32,920 nt of DNA from Arcobacteraceae bacterium (GTDB taxonomy: Bacteria > Campylobacterota > Campylobacteria > Campylobacterales > Arcobacteraceae): positions 1 to 32,920 of the forward strand of contig JBLWVX010000031.1 in NCBI GenBank assembly GCA_048268245.1, written 5' to 3'. The notes beneath the pieces were generated by a model. It saw nothing but the letters and a program-made list of their open reading frames with translations. It was not told where the DNA came from and made no database searches. Positions within the stretch are counted from its first letter, which is position 1; each line of letters begins with the position of its first letter. A program made the position numbers and the translations under genes. Positions 7,506 through 15,200 of the stretch are shown in pieces.

Positions 7506-8879
7506 ATGAAATATGGTATTACTACAAAAGATTTAGAAGTTATTCAAAAGAAACATGAAATACAAAGAGCATATCTAAAAGACAAATTCTTTATAGGTTC
7601 AACAGGTCAATATAAATCACTTTTAGATGTTTCTTTCTCAGCTAATCATTCAAAAAGATACTATTCAGAGATCATAAATAAAATAAACACTATGAATGAA
7701 ATAGTAGCAAGTGAGCTTATTGAATATTCTAATATATTTATAACAGCAACACTTGATGGGTTTTTTAGAGACTTTTTAAAAGGTGATTTTTCAAGATACA
7801 ATGAAGATAAGCATAAAAAGCTAATTCCAAATAATGATAGATTTGGTCATTTAAAAGATAAAATAGCTTCAAAAGAAAAGTTTACAATAAAAGACTTATA
7901 CAATATTTTAAACTATCAAATGTATAGATTTCAAAGTTCACAAAAATATAGAAAAATCAAAAAAGCAGGATATAAAGCTCATTATATAAGAGTTGCAGAA
8001 CCACATAAGAAAGATGGTGTACCACACATTCACATGATGTTATATGTTCCTGTAGAGTTTAAGAATGACCTTTTAAAAGCATATAGAGAATACTTTCCAG
8101 CACCTCAAAATATTAAAAAACTAAAAAACTGCAAATTAGGTCAGTTAAATGGTTTTCAATGGGATATTAAGTCAGCTCCTGCATATATTCTAAAATATTT
8201 ATTTAAATCATTTTTAAATGTAGAAAATGAAAGTGAACTTGATGAGCTTCAAACTTGGTATATTAAACATAGAATCCTAAGGGTTGTCACTTCTCACTCT
8301 TTAGTTCCTGCATGGGTTTATAGAAAAACAGCAATCATAGAAAAAGACTGGCATTATCTAACAGATATTATAAAAACTGGTATCGCTTCATGGAATCAAG
8401 AGAATGACTATTTTATGTTTCAAGATGAACAAGACAGGGTACTTAGATACCATAACGGTACTTACGAGGTTTTTAATAAAAATAGATTAATTAAATCATT
8501 TGGAAAAAAGAAAGATACTGTTTCTAAAGATAAACCTTTTAGAGTTGATTTAAAACTAAAATACAAAAAGAAAATTAAAAACCTTCATGTTATCGTAGAT
8601 GGTGTTGATTATGTAACAGTTGATAATAAACTAAAAAAATTTAATCCAATTCCAATACCATCAAGAATGACAGACAAAATACTTACTGAGTACTTTAATG
8701 AGCAAGATAATAAACCTATAGATCAACTAAATATACCACATTACAAAGTAACTAAAAATGAAATGATTAAAAGAGGTCTTTTCAATAATAAAAAACTTGA
8801 ATTGATAAATGGAAACTTTGAACTTATAAACTCTATGCCTTATGAAACATTTGAGACTATAGAGTCAATAGGATTTTAA
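7506..8879 (+). CDS. Rolling-circle replication endonuclease, HUH superfamily, P2 gpA-like
   Basis: Motifs FITATL, RVAEPHKKDGVPHIH (HUH) and AYILKYLFK (two-Tyr motif 3); ATG 7506 with AGGGGT SD preferred over the track start TTG 7488. Confidence 0.88.
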   Translation: MKYGITTKDLEVIQKKHEIQRAYLKDKFFIGSTGQYKSLLDVSFSANHSKRYYSEIINKINTMNEIVASELIEYSNIFITATLDGFFRDFLKGDFSRYNEDKHKKLIPNNDRFGHLKDKIASKEKFTIKDLYNILNYQMYRFQSSQKYRKIKKAGYKAHYIRVAEPHKKDGVPHIHMMLYVPVEFKNDLLKAYREYFPAPQNIKKLKNCKLGQLNGFQWDIKSAPAYILKYLFKSFLNVENESELDELQTWYIKHRILRVVTSHSLVPAWVYRKTAIIEKDWHYLTDIIKTGIASWNQENDYFMFQDEQDRVLRYHNGTYEVFNKNRLIKSFGKKKDTVSKDKPFRVDLKLKYKKKIKNLHVIVDGVDYVTVDNKLKKFNPIPIPSRMTDKILTEYFNEQDNKPIDQLNIPHYKVTKNEMIKRGLFNNKKLELINGNFELINSMPYETFETIESIGF

Positions 8880-8880
8880 T

Positions 8881-9114
8881 ATGCTAAATGTACTAACACT
8901 AAAAAATGATGAAACTACAATCTACTATATTTTAAAAGACAAAATAGTTTTTCAAATAAGAAAAATAAGACTTTCAGAAAATGCAACATTTATATTTTTT
9001 GATTACACATTCAAAGAAACAAAATTTAAAAGCTTTAAATCAATAGATGAAGCAAAAGAACATCTAAAAACTAGATTTGAACAATATTTAAATAAATTTA
9101 ATAAAAGGGGATAA
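8881..9114 (+). CDS. Hypothetical phage protein (77 aa)
   Basis: Tightly packed between rep and parB, with AGGA SD. Confidence 0.65.
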   Translation: MLNVLTLKNDETTIYYILKDKIVFQIRKIRLSENATFIFFDYTFKETKFKSFKSIDEAKEHLKTRFEQYLNKFNKRG

Positions 9115-9115
9115 A

Positions 9116-10576
9116 ATGAATAAATTAATAGATACACAATTACAAGACTTTTTAGAGGTGGATATCAAAACAGTATATCCAAATGAAAATCAACCAAGAA
9201 AAACTTTTAATAATTTAGATGAGCTTGCAAGCTCTATTAAAATACATGGACTTTTAGAACCTGTTGCAGTTGTTAAATTTGATAAAGGATTTATGATTGT
9301 AGATGGTGAAAGAAGATTTAAGGCTTGTAATAAATTAAATCACACAACTATTAAAATACAGATATTTGATTTTGATGAAGCTCAAATAGATGAAATATCA
9401 CTTGTAAAAGCAAGACAAAGGCAAGATTTAACACCTTTTGAATATGCAAAGAAAATAGGTGAGATGTGGAACTCTGGAAGATATAAGAAAAAAGAACATT
9501 TAGCAAGAGCTATAGGTGAATCACAAACTTTTATTTCTAAATGTTTTTCTTCTTTAAGATTAGACCCATCTATCGTAACACTTTTAGAAGCTGATAGATT
9601 AACTGTACCTCTTTCAGTTCTTGAAGAAATAGGAAGAATTAAAGATACAGATTTACAATGTGAGATATATGATAAATATGTAAACGAAGAAATTACAAGA
9701 GATGAAATAAAAGATTATAAACAAAATTTTCCCGCGGGAAAAAAAGAAGAAAAAGTATCAAACTTTAATACAAAACCTGATGAACATAAAGAAGAAGTTG
9801 ATATTGATGATTTTATTCCTTTTAAATATATTATTACTTTAACAAAAAAGATTACTTCAAATTTTTCAAAAGGATTATTATTTGATTTACCTTTTGGTAT
9901 AAAAGGTATTTATACTATTAATGACATTAATATTGATTTTTATGAGTTTCAAACTGGTGTACATATAGGTTTTGGTAATTTATCATTAAATTCTTTAGAT
10001 GAAATGATTGAAAAAGTTTATAAACATTTTTTAGGAAGTGGTGCAAATCATGTATTAAATTTCTTCAAAAGAAGATTAGTTATTAATGATACTTTTGAAC
10101 ACACATATATTAAAGTCTTAAATGATATTGCAAAAGAATCATCTATGCAAAAAGAAACAATTAATGATATAGATGAAATAGCAAAACTTCAAAATGAAAA
10201 TAAAAGATTAAAAGAAGAAAATGAACAATTAAAAAAAGAATTAGAAAGCTTAAAAAATTCAACTCAAGAAAAACCTAAATCATTTAAAGAACAATATGAA
10301 GAATCAAAGAACCTGGAGCAACCAGTTAAAGAAGAAACAAAAAGAGATATAAGACATATTGAAATAAGTGATAGTATATATATAGAATATACAGATATGG
10401 ACTGCGATACAGTATCTTATTCAAAAGCTAAACAAATTATTAAAGAGCTTCAAACTACAGAGTTTACATATGTGTCTAATGGTTCAGAAAAAGCACATAA
10501 TTTTATTAATTCAATTCCTAAGTATGGAAGTGATCATAATAAGATTGTTTTAAAAGATAAATATAGAGTTAACTAA
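9116..10576 (+). CDS. ParB/Spo0J-family protein with a long unrecognised C-terminal extension
   Basis: PNENQPRKTF, LASSIKIHGLLEP, IVDGERRFKA (GxxRxxA box), HTH KKEHLARAIGESQTFISK; C-terminal coiled coil (LQNENKRLKEENEQLKKELE). Confidence 0.85.
   Translation: MNKLIDTQLQDFLEVDIKTVYPNENQPRKTFNNLDELASSIKIHGLLEPVAVVKFDKGFMIVDGERRFKACNKLNHTTIKIQIFDFDEAQIDEISLVKARQRQDLTPFEYAKKIGEMWNSGRYKKKEHLARAIGESQTFISKCFSSLRLDPSIVTLLEADRLTVPLSVLEEIGRIKDTDLQCEIYDKYVNEEITRDEIKDYKQNFPAGKKEEKVSNFNTKPDEHKEEVDIDDFIPFKYIITLTKKITSNFSKGLLFDLPFGIKGIYTINDINIDFYEFQTGVHIGFGNLSLNSLDEMIEKVYKHFLGSGANHVLNFFKRRLVINDTFEHTYIKVLNDIAKESSMQKETINDIDEIAKLQNENKRLKEENEQLKKELESLKNSTQEKPKSFKEQYEESKNLEQPVKEETKRDIRHIEISDSIYIEYTDMDCDTVSYSKAKQIIKELQTTEFTYVSNGSEKAHNFINSIPKYGSDHNKIVLKDKYRVN
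9727..9742. promoter_or_regulatory. Perfect 16-bp palindrome, candidate parS site
   Basis: TTTTCCCGCGGGAAAA is its own reverse complement and has a GC-rich core inside a very AT-rich gene. Confidence 0.55.
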
Positions 10577-10902
10577 TGACAATAGAAGAAAAATTAGATT
10601 TAATTATTAAAAAATTAACTGTATTAGAAGATGAAATTGTTAATCAAAAAAATTTTAATACAAAAAAAGATGTTGCAATTTTTTTAAATGTTACATCTAG
10701 AACTGTTACTAATTATATTAAAAATGGTACTTTTATAAATGGTGTTCATTACGTTTATAGAAATGATAAATTATATTTTATTAGTAAAGCTATTTATGAT
10801 TATAAAGTTAATCCAATTACAACAATTAGTAAAGATGTAATTGATGATATTGAATATTTAAACCCTATTGCTTCTAATATTGTAAAGGATTTAATAGCAT
10901 GA
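10576..10902 (+). CDS. Helix-turn-helix protein, excisionase-like
   Basis: NTKKDVAIFLNVTSRTVTNYIKNG HTH pattern; overlaps the integrase start (ATGA). Confidence 0.75.
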   Translation: MTIEEKLDLIIKKLTVLEDEIVNQKNFNTKKDVAIFLNVTSRTVTNYIKNGTFINGVHYVYRNDKLYFISKAIYDYKVNPITTISKDVIDDIEYLNPIASNIVKDLIA

Positions 10903-12050
10903 GCATATTATATAACTATATGAATATGAAAATTACAATAAAAGAAAAAAATCAAAAATGGTGGTTGGATTTTTATCATAATGGTAAAAGAGTAAGGAAG
11001 TCTACAAAATTAATTGCTAATGATGTTAATTTAAAAGAGATTAAAAAAGTTATCATACCTCAAATAGTTTCAGCTCTTAAAGGTTCTAGTAATATATCTT
11101 TAAATTTAGATATTACATTAGATGATTTTTCACATAAGTTCTTTCAAGTTTATAAAAATACTGTTAGAACTCATGTCTATAAAGAACGATTGAAACAATA
11201 TAAATTAGCTATATATCCTTTCTTTAAAGATATAAAGATTATTGAAATAACACCTTTGCTTCTTGAGGAATGGCAAAGTAAATTACTTATCAAATACAAA
11301 CTTAATAGTTATAAAATATATAAATCTTTACTAAATTTAATTCTTAAAAAAGCTTATGAAAATAATTTCATTTCTTTTAATCCTTTTGATAAAGTTTCCC
11401 TTCCTAAAAAGAGTATAAAATTAAAGAAATTAGATGAGCAACATGACTATATATATCCATTTAATACAAATGAGATAAACACAATTTTTAATTATTACAA
11501 AGTTAAAAAAAACAACATTTACTATTTCTTATCTATTATGTTATATACAGGTATGAGACCAGGTGAGATACTTGCTCTTACTTGGAATGATATTGATTTT
11601 CATAAGAAACGTATTGCAATTGATAAAAAAATATTAAATGGTGTTCTAGGTGATGTTAAAACTCAATCAAGTGTAAGATATGTTGATATACTTCCTCAAT
11701 TAGAAATACTATTATTAGAATTAAAATCTAAACAAAAAGATAGTAATATAGTTCTTTCTACTATTAGCAATACACATTATTATTCACAAGCTAATTTTTA
11801 TGCTGATTTTGTTAAAACATTAAAAAAACATAATATACCTACACGTACAATTTATAATTTAAGACATACATTTGCTTCAACTCTTATATCAGAGTCTTCT
11901 AGCAATATTTTATATGTTTCAAATATGTTAGGTCATGCAAATTTGGATATTACTCTTAAAATTTATGCAAAATTTATAAAAGAAGATGAGGAAAAGAGAC
12001 TAAATAATATAAAAAGAGTGGGCTCTTTTATGGACATTTTTAATATTTGA
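10899..12050 (+). CDS. Tyrosine recombinase / phage integrase
   Basis: N-terminal arm-binding-like WWLDFYHNGKRVRKST; catalytic motifs TGMRPGE, KT, YNLRHTFAS, LGH, TLKIY. Confidence 0.95.
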   Translation: MSILYNYMNMKITIKEKNQKWWLDFYHNGKRVRKSTKLIANDVNLKEIKKVIIPQIVSALKGSSNISLNLDITLDDFSHKFFQVYKNTVRTHVYKERLKQYKLAIYPFFKDIKIIEITPLLLEEWQSKLLIKYKLNSYKIYKSLLNLILKKAYENNFISFNPFDKVSLPKKSIKLKKLDEQHDYIYPFNTNEINTIFNYYKVKKNNIYYFLSIMLYTGMRPGEILALTWNDIDFHKKRIAIDKKILNGVLGDVKTQSSVRYVDILPQLEILLLELKSKQKDSNIVLSTISNTHYYSQANFYADFVKTLKKHNIPTRTIYNLRHTFASTLISESSSNILYVSNMLGHANLDITLKIYAKFIKEDEEKRLNNIKRVGSFMDIFNI

Positions 12051-12131
12051 TATTTCTTTAAGTGCGTTAAAAAGGCTTTTGTTAGTGTTTATATGTTATT
12101 AATACTTAATAGTTTGTTCAAAGGAAAAGTA

Positions 12132-12731
12132 GTGAAAATAGTTTTAGCTTCAGGTAATAAAGGAAAGATAAAAGAGATTGGTAAATTAATGCCAAATGAT
12201 GAAGTTCTTGCCTTTAAAGATATTTTAGGTGATATAGAGATTGTAGAAGATAAAGATACTTTTAAAGGTAATGCAATCAAAAAAGCAAAAGTAATTTATG
12301 ATGAATTAGAAAAAAAAGGTTATAAAAATCATATTGTTATTTCTGATGACTCTGGACTTACAGTTCCTGCATTAAATAATGAACCAGGTATTTACTCTGC
12401 AAGATATGCAGGAGAAAATGCTAGTGACAATGATAATAATGAAAAATTAATAAACAGTCTAAAAGAAAAAAACTTAAAAAGAACACCAGCTTATTATACA
12501 GCTTGTATAGCAATAGTTTACCAAGGAAATGTAGAAACTGTTCATGGTTGGATGCACGGAAAAGTTATTGATGAGCAAGTTGGAAGTGAAGGTTTTGGTT
12601 ATGATCCTTTATTTATTCCAAAAGGTTTTGATAAAACTTTAGGTGAATTACCTCATGAAGTAAAAAAAGAGTTTTCTCATAGAAGTAAGGCTTTAAAATT
12701 AGCTAAAAAAGTTTTAGAAGTTATTATCTAA
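12132..12731 (+). CDS. rdgB: dITP/XTP pyrophosphatase (RdgB/HAM1)
   Basis: [36 protein letters not shown] motifs; GTG 12132 with AAGGA SD preferred over the track start 12093. Confidence 0.95.
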   Translation: MKIVLASGNKGKIKEIGKLMPNDEVLAFKDILGDIEIVEDKDTFKGNAIKKAKVIYDELEKKGYKNHIVISDDSGLTVPALNNEPGIYSARYAGENASDNDNNEKLINSLKEKNLKRTPAYYTACIAIVYQGNVETVHGWMHGKVIDEQVGSEGFGYDPLFIPKGFDKTLGELPHEVKKEFSHRSKALKLAKKVLEVII

Positions 12732-13060
12732 ATATTTTTTATAAACTCTTCATATACAGATATGTCATAATATTTTGACTTAACATATATTTGTATATGA
12801 AAGTTTGAGTTTTCTTTTTTTACATAAGCTTCAATCAAAAAAGAGTCATCATTTATACTTAAGTGTTCGATAGTATTTAAATTTGTAAGAGAGTTTATAT
12901 ACTCTTTTAGAAATTCTTTGTGGTTTTTTGCTTGTATATATAAATATTGATTTATCTCATTCTCATTTTTTATAGATTTTGTTGTTAAAATTTTTATACT
13001 TAAATATGAAAAAAGTGTTATTAATACAATACTTAAAAGTAAAACAAATGACTTTTTCAT
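12728..13060 (-). CDS. Pilin-like protein (atypical, lacks E+5)
   Basis: [14 protein letters not shown] class III-like leader; last gene of a three-gene cluster. Confidence 0.6.
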   Translation of the reverse strand: MKKSFVLLLSIVLITLFSYLSIKILTTKSIKNENEINQYLYIQAKNHKEFLKEYINSLTNLNTIEHLSINDDSFLIEAYVKKENSNFHIQIYVKSKYYDISVYEEFIKNI

Positions 13061-13398
13061 ATTTTAAACACCCATTTTATAAAAATCGCATCTTTATATT
13101 TAAGGTCTATTTTTATTAACTTTTGCTCTTTTTTCATACTAAAACTGCTAATATCTTCTAAAAGAATAGAGTTTTTATAAAAGATTGTAGTTCCTTCATG
13201 TTTTATATATTCATAAAAATCTGCTTTTTTATCTAAAAAAGCTTTTGTTGCAAGTAAATCAATCTTAGCTATTTCTTGTTTTTGTATAGTGTCACTATTT
13301 GTGTACAACTCTTTAATAAAAACTAAACTATAAATTATTACTATAGATGAAATTAGTGTTACTAGTATTAATTCTAAAAGTGAAAAACTAGATTTCAT
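13057..13398 (-). CDS. Prepilin-type N-terminal domain protein
   Basis: MKSS-FSLLELILV motif; start 13398 preferred over the track start 13428. Confidence 0.7.
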   Translation of the reverse strand: MKSSFSLLELILVTLISSIVIIYSLVFIKELYTNSDTIQKQEIAKIDLLATKAFLDKKADFYEYIKHEGTTIFYKNSILLEDISSFSMKKEQKLIKIDLKYKDAIFIKWVFKI

Positions 13399-13690
13399 AT
13401 TTGAATAATTTGATTGTTTCATCTTCATATTTATACTTTTTTACGTTTAAATTTATTTCACTTGAGTTATTTATCATGATTTTAATATTATTTTGAGTTT
13501 TTTCAAAACTACTATAATCTTTTGAAGTAAATCTATTTTCTAAGTCATTTAGCTTTTGAAAGTTATTGTTTTTTGAGTCATAATAAGTGAGATTTGAAAA
13601 CCCACTTATTACAAATAGTAGTAAGCTTATGCTTATTAAGGTTTCTAAAATAGTAAAACTATTTTTTCCCAAGTTCACAAGCTTTTTCAT
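13388..13690 (-). CDS. Prepilin-type N-terminal domain protein
   Basis: KNS-FTILETLISI motif; the real start may be TTG at 13672. Confidence 0.7.
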   Translation of the reverse strand: MKKLVNLGKNSFTILETLISISLLLFVISGFSNLTYYDSKNNNFQKLNDLENRFTSKDYSSFEKTQNNIKIMINNSSEINLNVKKYKYEDETIKLFKYEI

Positions 13691-14423
13691 ATGCTTTGTT
13701 TACTGCTTTTATCATAGAGTCTCTAACAGCTCCTTCTTCAAGTTGTGCAACACCAGCAGCAGTAGTTCCCCCTGGTGACATAACTGAGTCTTTTATGATT
13801 GCAGGATGATTTGATTTTAGAAGTTTAGATGTTCCTTCCATTAAGCCTTGAACTAACTCATAGCATGTATGTCTTTCAAGTCCAGCTTTTACACCACCAT
13901 CTGCTAAAGCTTCTGCTATTAAAGCTAAGTAAGCAGGTCCAGAACCAGCAATAGCAGTTGCAATATCAAGTTGATTTTCAGTATTTACCCAAATTGCTTT
14001 ACCAATTGATGAGAAAATTTCAATAGCTGTAGTTTTAGCTTCCTTATCTCCTGTAATAGTTGTAGTTGAGAATTGAACTGAAGCTGCAACATTTGGCATA
14101 GTTCTTACATAGTGTTTTGCTTCAATTTGTTTTTTTAGTGTATCAAGAGTAGTTCCTGCTAGGATAGAAAATAGCATGTTTGCTTTTCCTGTAAGCCTTG
14201 CTGATACACTATGTAGGGCATATGGTTTTACACAAAAAAGAATATTTTTATCTGTAATATCTTCATTGTCATCTAAAACTTTGATAGTAATTTCAGGAAT
14301 TTTTTCGTGAATAGTTTTTAGTTTATTTTCATCTCTTCCTATTATTTCAACTTCATGGTTTTTAATAAGTCCCTTAGCCAGGGATTGAGCCATAACTCCA
14401 TTACCTATTAAAGTTAGTTTCAT
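13659..14423 (-). CDS. proC: Pyrroline-5-carboxylate reductase
   Basis: IGNGVMA, VKP, RTMPN, GSGPAY, SPGGTT motifs. Confidence 0.96.
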   Translation of the reverse strand: MKLTLIGNGVMAQSLAKGLIKNHEVEIIGRDENKLKTIHEKIPEITIKVLDDNEDITDKNILFCVKPYALHSVSARLTGKANMLFSILAGTTLDTLKKQIEAKHYVRTMPNVAASVQFSTTTITGDKEAKTTAIEIFSSIGKAIWVNTENQLDIATAIAGSGPAYLALIAEALADGGVKAGLERHTCYELVQGLMEGTSKLLKSNHPAIIKDSVMSPGGTTAAGVAQLEEGAVRDSMIKAVNKAYEKACELGKK

Positions 14424-14450
14424 TTTAATACCTTTTTAATTATTTTTATT

Positions 14451-14459
14451 ATTATAGCA
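14451..14459 (-). promoter_or_regulatory. Extended -10 promoter element for proC
   Basis: TGCTATAAT on the minus strand about 28 nt upstream of the proC ATG. Confidence 0.6.
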
Positions 14460-14515
14460 GATAATTCCTAAGCTAGTATTAGATAAAATATCAACTTTAC
14501 AAGAAAGGATTTTAT

Positions 14516-15175
14516 ATGGTAACTAGCTTTAAACTAAAAAATTTATTATTTGCCACAAGTTTAATTTTTATTTTTACGGCTTGTTCTTCAAAAAACGAGT
14601 CAAGCACAGAGTACAATAAACCAGCAATTTATTGGTATAACAAAATGGTAACTCAACTTTCAAGAGGTGATACAGATTTAGCTGATGATACTTATACATC
14701 ATTGGAAAGTGAACATAGAAATTCACCTTTAATCCCAACCGCAATACTTATTTTAGTAAATGCACATATTGATGCAGAAGAGTATGCTTTAGCAAACTTC
14801 TATTTAGATGAGTATATTAAAAGATTTGCATTAAGTAAAAATATTGATTATGCTAGATATTTAAAAATTAAAGCTAACTTCTTAGGGTTCACATATCAAA
14901 TGAGAGATCAAAAACTTATAGAAGATACTATAAATGACATAAAAGAGTACAAAATAAAGTATAGTTCATCTCCATATATGCCTCTTGTTGATACAATGAA
15001 TGCAAGATTGTATATGGCAAAAGCACTTCTTGATGAAGAGATTGCAAAACTTTACGAGAAAAAAGGTAAAGAAAAAGCAGCTAAAATTTACATGGATAGA
15101 GTTAAAGAGTCATGGATTGACCCAGAAGAGATCAAACCTGTAGAAGTACCATTTTATAGATCAATTTTTGAATAA
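14516..15175 (+). CDS. bamD: Outer membrane protein assembly lipoprotein BamD
   Basis: Lipobox FTAC, TPR-like helices, position upstream of lon. Confidence 0.88.
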   Translation: MVTSFKLKNLLFATSLIFIFTACSSKNESSTEYNKPAIYWYNKMVTQLSRGDTDLADDTYTSLESEHRNSPLIPTAILILVNAHIDAEEYALANFYLDEYIKRFALSKNIDYARYLKIKANFLGFTYQMRDQKLIEDTINDIKEYKIKYSSSPYMPLVDTMNARLYMAKALLDEEIAKLYEKKGKEKAAKIYMDRVKESWIDPEEIKPVEVPFYRSIFE

Positions 15176-15200
15176 TATATAAGGATTTAGGAGTAAATAT

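Larger units (their letters stand above)
1..12100 (+). mobile_element. Integrated filamentous (inovirus-like) prophage; left boundary probably outside the window
   Basis: Co-oriented cluster of coat protein, pIII-like, pVI-like, Zot/pI ATPase, secretin, HUH Rep, ParB, Xis-like HTH and tyrosine integrase genes, ending just before the housekeeping gene rdgB. Confidence 0.93.

Noticed and set aside
12051..12131. dif-type integration site
   Set aside because: No recognisable dif-like site, and the element encodes its own integrase
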